This document shows positions 1 to 13,800 of a stretch of 64,000 nucleotides of DNA, one piece after another (the stretch's first letter is position 1; the number at the start of each line of letters is the position of its first letter). Location: the NCBI GenBank assembly GCA_002104905.1, contig MCFE01000347.1:1-64000 (forward strand), in the 5' to 3' direction. The notes under the pieces were generated by a model, which saw only the letters and a list, made by a program, of their open reading frames with translations, ran no database searches and was not told the DNA's origin. The stretch comes from Basidiobolus meristosporus CBS 931.73. Taxonomy: Eukaryota > Fungi > Basidiobolomycota. A program made the translations under genes and the position numbers.

Positions 1-1111
1 GGTTGATGAGGACCGATTTATTCCAGTCTATTTTATCTGGAGACATTTAAGAGCATCTTAATCGGAGTCGCATTGAAGATTGGCAGTTCACACAGCATTC
101 TCCTATTTAGGACCCTTAGTATAATAGAGCCATTATCTGTATATGAAAGCATCGCCTGTAAGCCCTCGTAGCTTAGTTGATACAACTCTAACATTATATA
201 CACTTACATTGTCGCTTCAACGTCATCATAATTTCACTTGGACTTTTCACAACGGAAAATATTCTGATTCTAGCACATAAATATTCGATGGCGAAGCATC
301 TCTCCGAACACTACTACACTCTGACGCTTTTAGACAACTGTCTGGACATTACCAGGAGGCGTAAACGCTGATCCTGGATACATTGCAAAAAGAGGGACAG
401 ATAGCTTGTCTTAAAGTTCAACCGTTCATTCACAGCGTAGAGGCAGTACAGGTATACTTGGGATCAAAAACAGTTGGCACAATGTAAGGTGTGATCGGAA
501 TCGGACCGCGATGATCCTAGAGCGTTGTAGATTCGTGCTTAGTGCACAAGCCCATCAAACAGTCTTAGAGTTTAAGGCTGAGAACAGTCCAGTAAGACTC
601 TTACGATCTCTTCCCGAACGCTCCAAAAACGGAAGTTATTTCACCAATTTTCTAAATTGAGAAAGTGTATTATACCTTTCATGATATAATTTGGAGAGAA
701 GCACTCCTTGTCTCCGATCAGCATAATTTGCCCCACATGGCGGCTAATTTAATTTTCATTGCTAGATTTATACACTGGAAATGACATCATGGGCAGGTGC
801 ATTCCTCACCCGCCAATTGTATTGCACCGTATCCTGTACTGCTATGTGTCACGAGCCCGTATACTATGAGGTGTAATGGAATGTATGGGGATCAGGTAGG
901 GTAACTATGGTATCTTCCATCATGGTTAAAAGGGCGATGGGCCATAGGATCACTCATTTTCTTCCCATCTATCAGCCTCTTTGATTCAATCAAATTTCGA
1001 AATCACTTTGATTTTCTGGTAGTTTCTTTTCTACACTCCAGCCGTTGCCATCTACGTTCTGCCTATTCTTTCTTATTCAACATTAAGCGATCTTTTGTAA
1101 TAACTGCAGTC

Positions 1112-2120
1112 ATGTCAGGACTAACTCCCGTAGTAATAGTTACAGGAGCTTCACGCGGTATTGGGCGTGCTGTGACTTTGGAAGCTTTAGAGCAAGGGGC
1201 TTTTGTTGTCAGCGTTGCGCGTACAGAGCATCTACTGCAGACTATAGAACTTGAAACCACGTTTCCAGAAAACTACTCCTATATTGTGGCCGATCTATCC
1301 TCGGAGAAGGATTTGGAGCGAGTCGTAACCCACACCATTGACAAGCATGGCAGGATTGATAGCATTATCTTAAATGCAGGGTTAGTACTATAAACGGTTA
1401 TCTTGGATGCTCGCGATGCATATTGAAGAGCGCCATCTTTATCAGTGTCATCGACCCTATCAAAAGTCTTGGAGATATCAAAGAAGCAGAGTGGAGAAGG
1501 TAAGACATATTCTAAGCTGTTACCTATGGATATGCAGTGCTAAGCCAGGAGGACATGTAGACTGTTTGAGTTGAATTTTTTCTCCGTGGTGAGCTTGGTA
1601 CGAAAAGCGCTGCCTGAGCTGCGAAAGTCTCGAGGAAACTGTGTAATGGTCAGCTCAGGGGCAGCCATGATTGCATTTCCTGGGTGGGCGGCATATTGTT
1701 GGTACGTTAATCCACCAAATGTCACGAGATGCGAATCTAATTGGACTATTAGTTCCAAGGCAGCGTTGAATATGTTCTCATACTGTCTGGCCATTGAGGA
1801 GCCAGACGTGCGATGTACCGCCATTCACCCTGGTGCGGTGGATACAGATTTCCAACGATTAATTCGGGAAACCGGTAATTAGAGTCAATCAGCGATAATC
1901 TCGTCAAGACACGGGCCTAACCATTCGTGTAGGATCCAAACATATGTCAAGAAACGATTACAATGGATTTGTATCTATGAAACAGAACAACATTCTGGTG
2001 AAACCAAACGAGGTTGGTTTTGTTCTCGCAAAGCTAGGTAGGGATGGTGTTCCAGACCAGTTTCATGGAAAATTTTTTAGTTGGGACGATGCAGAGTTGG
2101 AGTATCTTCGCAAGATCTAG
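1112..2120 (+). CDS. Short-chain dehydrogenase/reductase (classical SDR, similar to yeast Irc24/benzil or sepiapterin reductase type), 5 exons
   Basis: TGASRGIG NAD(P)-binding motif, NAG motif across intron 1381-1445, YCCSK catalytic YxxxK formed by splicing at about 1703-1751, and IHPGAVDT. Four GT-AG introns keep the frame to TAG at 2118-2120. Confidence 0.92.
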
Positions 2121-2883
2121 CGAATTTTACTGACTCTGCACCTCAAGCTGTACATTCACCAAGCCCCGTTGTATATACTGCCTTTCGTCATAATTCATTG
2201 TCCACTGTACACACCACCACCATATAAATCAGCCATGCTCCCGATAAGGAAGTTGGGAAATCCTCGCTTCTATTTCTACTGGTCACTCAAAACAGATATA
2301 TTGATGTCCGATGAGCTCAATAAACGTCATGCATTCAGAAAACAGCAATATTACACAGCTCCTTCGTACTCACCAAACAGCAGTATTACCCAAATGTCTT
2401 CATCATGATGTAATCATTTGACTTTCGGTGCCGCATAATTGGAGGTTTTTCTGATGCCCTTCCAAGTATGGTGCGACCTGGGCCCTATAGGCATGCAAAG
2501 TAATACAACCATTTTTCCTCCTCCAATTTCCATTCATAGATCTAGTTGTGAACTTTATTTCAATGTTCCGGCTTTCACTACTAGACGCTACGGTATTGGA
2601 TGTACATTCCTAAGCAAACCGCTAGAAACATGGACACGATTATAAAAGATAACTTGACGTGAAACTATCGGAGTCATTCCAGAGAAATCTCTGTGGGCCA
2701 CTGCATTTGAGCCACAGTTTCATCATGTAACGGCTTTTCCAGAGATGCCATGGGTGGAGATATTCTATCATCAAACATACACGTGTGTCCCCCAATAAAT
2801 CACCAATGAGTTCTCATTCATTCAAGTTTTCAAATGTGATTTATTAATGATAGCGTGAATAAATACTAGAACTCTACCCAAGG

Positions 2884-3621
2884 TTACACCAGCAGTACAT
2901 AGCCCAGAGAGGAGGCTGCTATGGTTAGAAAGACCCAATTGTTGTTCGGGCAGGAAACTGCCACCGACTTCGATGTGGCTTGGGGTGCTTTGGTGGAGTT
3001 TGCGCCCAATGCTGTCGTTTTAGATGGAATAATGGCACCGCTTATATTGAGCTTGTTTAGGTTTGAAGAGTTCATTTTGGTCTGGGCTGACTCCCAAGTT
3101 GAAGTGGGTACAGTAGCCAGTGAAGCTGATGGAAACTCGGGATCCGAGGGACTAGACAGACTAGGCTCACTGCTTTCGTCAATTTCTTCCATGGTTTGCG
3201 AGGTCTGCTGTCCAGTGATCTCGAAGAATGGGCTGTATTTCACCAACTTCCCTTCGCTAGCTTGGATGGCATAATTTGCCTCGGGTTTGATGGTTTCTGG
3301 GATCACCCATACATATTGGCCTGACTTGGTGTCCACCGCAGTAGCTATGTTTGCGATTAATTGCAAACTAGATGGTGACCCTTGCATCAAATGAAGATCG
3401 ATCGCGGGTGGGCTTAGCGGCCCATCAATTTCCTGCCTAGTATTCAAACCAACGGTAAGATTACCTGGCTTCTTGATAGATCAGCTGACTTACCAGGAGA
3501 TAATGTTGGGGGTTCCAATCTCCCAAGAGGCACCTATCGGGCTGGTTATCGAGAATTCCGCGCGAGCGCCTAGCACCGTTAGCCACAAATACCAGAGAAA
3601 AGTTCTGCCTGTCTTGTTCAT
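2884..3621 (-). CDS. Secreted GPI-anchored Ser/Thr-rich cell-surface protein (Kre9/Knh1-N-like domain)
   Basis: Exon 1 (3621-3494) reads MNKTGRTFLWYLWLTVLGARAEFSITSP...ISW (signal peptide). Intron 3493-3437 joins it to the ORF with GQYVWVIP...NYAI...YSPFFEI, a Ser/Thr/Pro-rich stalk and a hydrophobic C-terminal GPI signal. Confidence 0.85.
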
Positions 3622-3673
3622 GAGTGAGAAGTTGAGAAACAAAGAACCCTTTTGCCCGGAGCAGATTCAGTAT

Positions 3674-4390
3674 TTATCCCTTGGACTTTGAGCTAAATGT
3701 CCGGTTGATGAGCTCGGTTACAGCGCAACCGAAAGGAATTAATGTATCAGATAGACCATCCATCATTGTCGTAGCATATCCTCTGTTCGGGGATTCCCAT
3801 CAAGAAACGCTCTACGTTGATTAATCTCTCACCAATCGAAGGATTGCTACATACCTAACCATCCGATTATGCAGGCAATTCTACTGGGGTGAAGGATCAG
3901 TGATAGGTGGGTGGAGAAATGCCCCAAGAAGCATACTGAAACTTGCTTGGTTTCTCCATGGTGGAGGACTGCTATTTCATTGATTGATTGATCCGGAAAA
4001 TATGGAGTATTGATCGATTGTTTAACATTCATATAGTCTTTGCCTATCCACAAATCTAAAAGCACATCTAGATTGGGGGTATTGATCAGAGGCTGGTGAA
4101 ATAATGCGTGGAATGTCTTTGTTTCACGACTTCTGAATAATGCATCTCGGATAGTTTTACAAAACTCTCCCTTCACCGCGGCGGGCCATCGATCTACTCT
4201 TGCTACCAGGTTTGGCGATCAACTGTACAAGGACGCTCCGATTATTCTATCGTGGTATTAGAAATTGAACCACAAGACTACGAAGGCAACAACAAAGGTT
4301 TTCGATAGATCCGATGTAAATGGAGTTGGGAGCCTGGAAAGGATTTTTTGATTGTTGGGATTGTGGGGTGTCTCCACTTGATGGCACTAT
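3674..4390 (-). other. Unassigned coding-like segment, possibly a decayed multi-exon gene
   Basis: A protein-like 109-codon ORF (3847-4176) and a second open frame (RFLMGIPNRGYATT...) ending at 3674. The upstream frame has TGA at 4219-4221 and no clean splice model joins the pieces. No family recognised. Confidence 0.3.
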
Positions 4391-7300
4391 AGCTAGTCAA
4401 ATGTGCAAGATTTCGGCTTGGCTTTGTAAGCCGAATTACTGTGTATAGCAAGTAGAAGCGGGGCTGGTGGTGGTTTATCGGGTAGGAGCAAAGTGCTGAT
4501 ACACTTAGTCGATTTGGTAAAACTAACTGCTGGGCGGATTGTGTGAATATAGTTCAGGGGTTTGTGGCGACTTTGTGAAATGATGTTAATCATTGACCAA
4601 GTGGAAGATCAAGATGCATGAAAAACAGTATTAACCATCTGCAACACCGAGCTCGATCAATAGATGTCTTGGGATGACATGGTCAATACTAGGTAGCAAC
4701 TTCAAAGCCTTGCTTAACATCTCGGATGATTCTGCCAAATGGCTACAAAAATCAGTTCCCATCATGCTGATGCGGAAATACCGCTAAAATTTTTAAGAAT
4801 GGATTAGGCTTATTTTACACCCCATAAAACAGCACTCTTATCGCGTTTGGACGGTGATTTCGTCTAAATCCGTGTTCATATAGCTAGTGGAATTGGGATC
4901 TTGGTATTTGGAATAATAGGGGCATGTGCGGTTTTTACTTGGTTAACTAGATGATCAATGACGCTGCAAATAGTATGAATTTGCCCATATGAAAAATTTC
5001 ATCCTTGGAATTCATATGATATTCTGCAGGTATTCAGCTGGTGTTTTTCCTTCAATTTTTTAGTCGTAAATAATTGTGGAAGTAGTGAGTAGCTTATTAC
5101 CAAATTTGGTATGACGGTTATTCAGCTTAACCTCCTCCCAGAAAATATGTCTTCTTGTCTGCCTAATAGCTAGAACCCAAGATATTAAAAGCTATATGTT
5201 CAGCGAAACTCGGAATTCTGCTGATATTGTTCTGGTATCCTGCTGGCCTTTGGTTAATTTTTTTCATAGAGATGCCTACCCCAACCTCAACAATGTTGCC
5301 AACTCAAGTTACAACTTCTATCAGCTTTATATAGCTTGTTACAGCTTTGAAATTCTCATATATGAACAATTGATAGGCTTTTAAGGAGTATTGAAAGATA
5401 GGGCCCAAGAAGCCGCGTTCAAGGTGTGGGATCATTCAGGCAAGTTCAAAAGCTTCCATATTTTCCAGCACTTTGCTAAATCAAAAAGTCAGCCAATATC
5501 TTGCGAACTAAGCCTCGAGTTAGAACATCTTAAAATGGCAATTGCCATGAGAGACTGAAGATGTACTCGCAGTGCAGGTGCTTAACCAAATGGCTGTAAT
5601 AGAAACTCTACAAGTCTTAGGAAATTATTAGCTGAAAATAAATTAAAATGAATATACATTTCCTAGCGATAAAGTTGGCCCACAACCATTGAATAAATGG
5701 GCTCCAACATAATAATTTCCAGAAGCTCGTTGACCATCTCCCTTTTCCTACACTTACAGGTTACATATTCTTCCTCGATGACTACTCAAGTTCAAAGCCT
5801 TAGCCACACTACAATACCTAACCTATCATGGGCTCGTACACTGTAATATTGGCGCTATTGATGTCTACGAAGCTTGGCATAATGATTATTTAGTTTACAC
5901 CCAAGTTATTCATGTGTAATAAGATTCGATTTAGCATGTTGCCAAGTTATAAATATTTTACATTGATTTTAGTTCGTAAGATAATATGTAATTCTTAGAA
6001 ACTGTCAAGTCCAGAAAGTTATCAGAATTTAAGCTTGTTCATAAGACCCCAACCTTTATACACTACTTTCTGAAGTATCCCTTCAAGTATTTTATCAAAA
6101 TTTCAACGGGTTTTCTCCTAAAAGTAGAAGTACCTTCTTGTGCTCAATATATCCGGTGGACTTGATGTAACTTCTCCAGTTCTCCAAATCACTTCCAATA
6201 CTCCCTAGAATATTGCAGCGCCACAGTACCGGTATAAATCTTTCACAAATATGCTACAAGTGAGCTACTGGAACTGTGCTCATTCTGAAAGGTACATGTA
6301 AGTGTAAAGGTGGATAAATAAATTACTTTAGTATCTTTATTGCAATTTACTTACAAAATATGCTGAAAATTGTGAAACAATCAGTAATTGTGCAATATGG
6401 AAGTCTAAACTGTGGCACACATACCTGAAGGGCTGTGAAGATTTATACTAACTGTCAAATTTTCAACATAGAGAGAAGCAACTTTACTGAAATTCGCCAT
6501 GTCCTCCAGTAGAAGAAGCCTTTTCCTATATCGTAACATTTCTCTTCATACGTATATGCCATCTATGTTGCCCCTGATGGACGCTCTTGTACGACCTTTG
6601 TCCCTCCTGTATATGACCTAACTGCATGGTTGTTTTCTAAATCCGATCTTAATACCTTCGACGTCAAAAATATCATTATGATATTGTCTCTCAGCCGCAG
6701 GGTAGACTTAGTAAACCTGGTTTTAGTGAAATTGCGATTTTGGGTGAATCTCATAAAATAGGCCCTAGGAATGTGATATGAAAAATAGATGTAAAATATA
6801 CAGCATTGGGTGAATTGTGTGACTATATTTTTCAATATATTCAACATGTCTACAGATCCGGGTAATAATTTATATTTTCTTCAGCTTTTGAAGTCGGGTC
6901 AAGCATGCAACAGAAGTATACAAGTAATAAAATGTGGTATTACTGATTTGCAAAATACTAGATTAGCATCTCATCACCCCTCAATTGGAGTATTCCCCCC
7001 TCACACTACAATTGATTTAGTGGTTCTCCTTTTGTATCAATTCAATAAACATGGAAACACGGTTTTTTCAGATCTATGATTCAGAGTACTTTGCTCTGCT
7101 AGTTGTGACAAGCAAGATGTGGTGGCCTCTTTGTTTTTCTGAAAGCATCTCTCTCGAGTCCCTCTAAACCATTGATAAAGCCCTTGGTGCTTGATTGATG
7201 CCTTCTACTAAGCTAAGTAGTACGACAACAAATACTTTTCTAGATTGCCCTCTAATAATACCTAAAGATACGAATATGACAGCAAGTAAACAGTTAAAAA

Positions 7301-8918
7301 TTTGGCATATTTGATATCTTTTTTATTTTACCTATTATCAATCGAAGAGAGGTTATTCCATCAATAAGTTGCCAAACTTACATGCTGCCATCAAGTTGAT
7401 TACAAATTAAACTGTAACTTACTGATGATGTACCAGGAGTTTCTACTGGATTTTACACGGCCAGTAAATCATTTACTTGGGCTAATCCACTAGCGATTTT
7501 ACCATCATCGCTATGACATAGGCAGCGGATATTGTCAAACGAACAATACGTCACGAATAGAAATCGTGGTACTTGCATGTCTAGACTTCAAGCAAACACG
7601 TAATAAGGGCTGAATTACTACCAAATAAGCCCAAAGAACTGACTTCTATAATGTAATAGACACGTATATAAATTAAATACGAGCAAGCAAAGACTGTACT
7701 GATTTCGCCTGTATCGATATCGTAAATTGGCTCATTTTAAGTATACCAAAGTCCTCAAATATGTATCCTAAATTCAATAGTATGACCTTGCTTTACGATT
7801 AAGCAATAGAAGGCATCAGCTTGGCAAGGATCATTCCGTAAGCCTAACGTGGGAAATACCAAGGCTGATGGGAATTCTCAGCATGAGCTGATCTCGTATG
7901 GGAAACATACGAGCTTCTGGTAGAGGAAACTATAGCTATGGCGAGGGGTTACAACAAGATTTAATAAATAGGAACGCAGTAGGGCTATGGCCACAGCTTT
8001 ATTCTCAGTGCGTGAGGTGAGGAAGGATGGAGATATGGGCCGCTTTTTGGATAAAATTCACGGTAGTAATTGGTGAGGCATGGCACGATCTTCAGAATCA
8101 TCTGATCAGCAGGTTACATTAGTTCCCAAAAGTACCAGAAAGAGATAGCACTCATGAAATTGGTCAAGCTTCTTCTATTCTTGAACGGCGAGTATTTCTC
8201 CCACGGCAAGAGTATTTTCGAATGCTTACATCTTGGTGATAATAGGTGGAGCATTGGATGGGCAAATGAGCATCGAAGGAAAAGGCGACACTGGCGATTT
8301 TCGTGCGTGTGAATTCGTTTGCAAAGCAACAGTCACCATGCGGACGCAAAGCCAGATTAGGATTGACCCGAGATACATTGGGAAAATCACTAAAACCATC
8401 AAACCATCGCATCATGACTAATGACCAACATGACTGCAGAAACCGTCGGAAGCCTAACCCTAATTGCTTCGACAAGCATCACACCAACAGTAACATCAGT
8501 CATCGGCAACTGGCAGCTGCTCGAGGAAATGGAAATTGACCCGATTTCCAGATTTAGTAAATCATTGAGTAATCACTAATTATTCTGGTGTTCATCACTC
8601 TGCAGGTCCACATGACCTTGTCGGATACGAAATCCTCAGGACTGGGAAGGCTGCTGTGGCCGGAGTCCGAAGATTTTTCATTCGAACATGGGAATTGTAC
8701 TACGAAAGACGCTGTTCTTGGAGCATGGTTTGGGAAATTCGGTAACACTCCATCAAGATATTCATTGCACTTGATTTGTTACGGTTGTGATAAATGTTCC
8801 ATTGGTTGATCGAGGATAAAGTGTTCCAATGGTGGGTGCAGGTAACCCCAGTTGGATCATGTATAAATAACTATGGGGGAGGAGCTTTACCATCATCATC
8901 CCACTCATCTATCTAGCA

Positions 8919-10403
8919 ATGAAGGTTCAAGCCTGCTTGACTATTTTTGGCTCTCTGGCACTGTTCACTGCCACCAGTGCTGTCCACATCAAGAGGCACC
9001 ACGCTGAACTTGAGGGCGAAGATTGGATCCAGAGCATTCCCCAGATCCTGGCTAGAGACCCTACAGCACTCCCCGAACAATGGTTTGATCAGAAGATCGA
9101 CCATTTCGCACATAAGACATCCGTCTTCAAGCAACGCTATTTCGTGAATAGCACTTATTTCAAGCCTGGCGGTCCGGTTTATTGTAAGTGATTATCTCTT
9201 GGGCGATATTGTCCTTTTCCTACTTCATGCTAACCGCTCTACTCAGTATACTCTCCTGGTGAGGGCCCCGCAAGACCTGTAGGTGGTGGTCAGCTCCGTA
9301 ATCTTGCTGCAGCCACTAATGGCTTGATGATCGGCTTGGAGCATCGCTACTACGGCAAGTCACTCCCCACTGAGAAGTCGAACTTTGAGGGAATGAAGTA
9401 CTTGACTGTTGATCAAGGTTTGGCCGATTTTGCCAACTTCATCAAGAATTTCAAATATCAGGGTGTTAGCCCCAAGACTAAGTGGGCCCTTGTTGGTGGT
9501 TCCTACGCCGGAGCTCAAGCCTCATGGGGACGTCAAAAGTACCCTGAACTCATTCACGCTGCGTTAGCTTCATCTGGCCCAGTTCAAGCCAAGGCTGATT
9601 TCTTTGAGTACGACCTTGCTTTGACCGAGGCCATTCCCTGTGCTGAGGATCTCCATCAGGTCACCAAGTACATCGATACCGTACTTGATAATGGTAACAA
9701 GAAGGATATTCTCAAGATCAAGACCGCCTTTGGTCTTCAAAACATTACCGACAATGCTGATTTCGCCTTTGCCTACACCGATATCCTCGCCGGTCTTGTT
9801 CAATACTACAAGCCAGCCAAGGTTGACCCTCTTGAGGCTTTCTGTAGCCCATTCGCTTTCGCCAAGACAATGCCTGAGAAGCTTAAGGTCTGGGGTGATT
9901 ATATCCGCAGCCAAGTTACCGGTCCCGACTCTCTTCACTTCTACGACTACGATGGTATGCGCAAGAACCTTGCCCATGATGACACCAAGGGCTGGTACTG
10001 GCAAACATGCATCGAACTTGGCTACTTCCAGACTGCTCCCCGTGGTAAGCTTCCTCGCGTTCGCTCCAAGTATTGCGATTTGAAGCAGCAACTCGGGGCT
10101 TGTGAGAAGATCTTTGGTAGAAAGATGAGCCCTAGCATCGACCAATTCAACCGCAAGCACAAAGGCTGGAACGTCCGCACCTCTAGAATCTTCTACGCTG
10201 ATGGAGAAATTGATCCCTGGAGAAAGCTCTCTGTCAACTCTCCTAATGCTCCCAAGCGTACCAGCAAGCCAGCCAATCCCCTCTTCGTGATCAAGAAGGG
10301 CTCCCACTGCACCGATCTCGGTTCTGACTCGCCTTTCGACACCCAGTCGCTCAAGGACGCCAGAAAGAGCGAAATTGAAGCTTTCAAGAAGTGGATGTTG
10401 TAA
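8919..10403 (+). CDS. Secreted serine carboxypeptidase, family S28 (prolylcarboxypeptidase-like)
   Basis: Signal peptide, FDQKIDHF...QRYF, one intron 9184-9246, LEHRYYGKS, nucleophile GGSYAG, WYWQTCIELGYFQT, DPW and HCTDL motifs. Confidence 0.95.
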
Positions 10404-10850
10404 CATATTCCAGACGCAGTGCCATGCGACACTTCAACCATCTAATTAATATCAATTAATCGTACGGAGACTCTATCACACCCACGTCCAGAAGTTTTGG
10501 TTTTAGTTACGCGATATGAATTAAAATGACCGATTAATGATTCTTGACATTGAACATTGAATTGTATTTTCGAATGGGCGGCCGAATCCAAATTCCCCAT
10601 TGACTTGTGTGTATACGGATATGATCTTGGTAGGGCGTACACGTCATTGAGGCTGTTCAGATACAGATGTGGGTGTGGGAATGGATAGTGCTGGATTGGG
10701 CAGATCAGATAAAGTCTTATTTATTTGCATGTACAATCTAGTTTACAACATCTTTTCGCAAAGCTACTATGAGTAAATGATATTCAAATGTGTAGATATA
10801 TAGGTTGGAGGCCACGCTGTGTAACAGCCCAAAGTTGCCGTAGCTTGGAT

Positions 10851-13800
10851 TCATTTGGGCGGTCTGTAGAGCTTCAAGGCTAGAGATGAGCTGAGCACGC
10901 TCAGGCTGGAGCCAATCATCAGGAGCCCAGCAAGTGGAGGTGGTAGCGCAACCTTAAATATTGGGAAGAATACCCCGGCAGCCACAGGGATTGCAAGAAC
11001 GTTGTACCCGAAAGCCCAAATAAAGTTGTATCGAATTCTGTTAAAGATTTTTCTCGACAAGGAGAACAGGACAATCAAATCATCGAGTCTTGATCGTAGT
11101 AGGACCGCCTGCGCCGCCGAGTGTGCAATATCTGAGCCTGCGCCCATGGCAATCCCGATGTCTGCTTGAGCTAGGGCTGGCGAGTCGTTTATACCGTCTC
11201 CAACCATGGCAACCAACATCCGTTTTGTTGGAATCTGCTGTATGGGACTAACCTTCCATTGGAAAAATCGGTTGCGGGCTCTGGATGAGTTCGTGTTGGA
11301 GTTGGTCTTCTTGACCGGCTGCTGCTGCAGCCATTGCACTTTGGCTTTCTTGTGTTCAGGAAGCACATTCGCCAGGATATTTTCGATTCCTAGTTTACCA
11401 GCCACGGATTTGGCGGTCAGCTCATTATCACCAGTAATCATCCAGACTTGTTTGCCTTGTTTCTTGAGGTTGTCAACAGTCCTCTTGGCTTCTTTACGTA
11501 TAACGTCGGCCAAGACAAAATAGCTCAAAACTTGGCCATTCTTCTGCAGAGGAGATTTTTCTTTCAGATCATTCGTGGAGCTCAACAGAGAGAAGCCGAG
11601 CATGACAAGTGTCCCGCCTTCAGATTGGTGCTTGTCAAGCTCCGCGCGGATCAGGGGCGAGTAGATGGTGGCTGGGTAGTGGCACTGGTTTTGGATCATC
11701 CAATTTTCATTTCCATAGACAACTGAAAACCGAAGCGTTCCTGATGAGCTTTTTCTATCCAAGCCAAGGGCAGACACCAGGGCCTTTGGAATGGATGGTG
11801 TGGATATTTCTGCCATGAGACCTCTTCCGGGAACTTCTTTTACCGATTCCAGGGTCACAGGAACCTTACCAAGGCCCTCATTCGTTTCTGTGTACTTCGA
11901 AATTGCCTTGGACAATGGATGATCGCTGGAACATGCCAAGAGTTGGGCCACTTTTTGAATCCAATCGGCAGCTTCTGTATCGCTGAAGCCAAAGTTTTTC
12001 ACGGTAGTCACCTCTGGTCTCCCCAATGTCAAAGTGCCAGTTTTGTCGAAGACAACCGCATCAAACTTGCTTGCGCGCTCCATGGTATCACCACCACCTT
12101 TGATGAGGATACCATACTTGGCGGCTACTCCTGTTCCTACCATAACGGCAGTTGGGCTGGCGAGTCCCAATGCGCATGGACAGGCGATTACTAGAACCGA
12201 TAACCCGAAGAATAGACTAAACAAGACATTGCCCTGGTTCATTGGGATCCAATCTTGCGGCACACGGCCAAAATGAGTTAGCAACATCCATGTGGCAAAC
12301 ACCAGGATGGCCAGTAATACTACAATGGGGACGAAAAAGTGAGAGATGCGATCTCCCAGAGCCTCAAGTGGGGATTTGGTGGCTTGAGCTGATTGTACAA
12401 GGTCTATAATCTGCGAAAGGGTAGTATCCGATGCGACGCGTGTTGCCCTCATGAAAATAGTCGCACTTTGGTTGATGGTGGCACCAGTCACTTCGTCTTC
12501 GACATCTTTTGGTACAGGGACTGGCTCGCCTGTTAACATTGACTCATCAATTGCGGTAGATCCGCGAACAATCACGCCATCGCATGGAAGTCGCCCGCCA
12601 GCATTGACCTTTAATATGTCCCCAACTTGTATCAACTCCAGAGGCATTACCTCCTCCTTGTCTACTTCTCCGCTGTCCATTAAATGGACAAGAACGGCTT
12701 TTTCGGGCTGAAGATTCGTCAGTTTTACCATTGCATCGACGGTTTTTTCCTTGGCAAAGGCTTCGAGATACTTGCCGAGCAAGATGAAAGTAATCAGAAA
12801 GATGGAGGTCTCGAAAAAATCCATGTTGTGGGTATCCATATGGCTATTCATGTGCTCAGAAGGAGTTAGTATCTTCACGATGATATTTACGACGGATGCG
12901 ATGTACGCAACCCAGGTCCCAAGAGCCACCAACACATCCATATTGGCAGTCTTTGCGCGCACTATTGACATATAGCCATGTTGCACAAATGGGACTCCGA
13001 GGGTGAGCTGGACTATTGTTGCGAGAATAAACATGATGAAAGCGCCTAGTCCAAGGCCTTTCATTCCAAAAATGTCCTGCTTGAAAAATAGATAGGCGGC
13101 ATTGTCTGATGGGAGGAACATTCCAATCACCATAGAGACAACGAACGCTGGTATAGCAAATACCAGAGAGAATAGGAATTTCTTTCGAGCTTTGCGGATT
13201 TCTCCCTGGGCTCGTGCCTGGAGATTCACATTTTGGTTGGAATTATTCGTGAGCACTTTTGCCAGATATCCTTGCTCTTTACATATGGCAATTAGTGAGC
13301 GAATACCAATAGTATATCCTTGATGCTGTATACTAAGAGAGTACTCTGGTTTGTCCATCCCTGCTGTCCTGTTGAACTTGCTCATGTAAAGGGATTTATA
13401 AACCTTTGAGGCCTTTGTTTTCCTGGCCGTGCCATTACTCCTTTGAGAAAGTGAAATCGAGATGATACCATCTTTTGATAAGAGCAGCTCTTTCAAGGCA
13501 TCAATGTTTCGGGAATTTGTAGTGAAGGCCGGATCTTCAGAAAGAATTAGTCGAGTGGTGCTGGCTTTGTTGATGTTGTTGGCATTCTCTGATTTTACGT
13601 TGCCGTGCGGGGTGGCCAATTTCTCGGAATTCTCGGTCATTGAGATGGCGGTATCTTCTTGGGATGGCTCCTTCTCTTCGTATGAAGAGTCAAGTACATC
13701 ATACCCAAGATCCTCGATATTTTGGGAAAGTTGCGCCGTCGTTATGAAGCCGGCATCGTGTTCAAGTATGAGTTTTCCCGTAAGAAGGGAGAGGGAAACG

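Noticed and set aside
4219-4221. In-frame TGA as possible selenocysteine
   Set aside because: No redox-motif context, no recognisable selenoprotein family, no SECIS identified by eye, and a TAA also interrupts the same frame.
5400-7500. AT-rich stretch with an FLDLTV-like string on the minus strand resembling an RT motif
   Set aside because: Surrounded by stops, with no YxDD or other RT motif in register. It may be a repeat relic but cannot be supported.
7890-8810. Short protein-like frames upstream of the S28 peptidase
   Set aside because: No consistent splice model or recognisable family; each piece is under about 100 codons.
9570-10406. Long antisense ORFs (278 aa here; also 21501-22508, 25191-26126, 27127-27929 and others)
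   Set aside because: Shadow ORFs on the opposite strand or in alternate frames of well-supported genes with biased codon use; no motifs.
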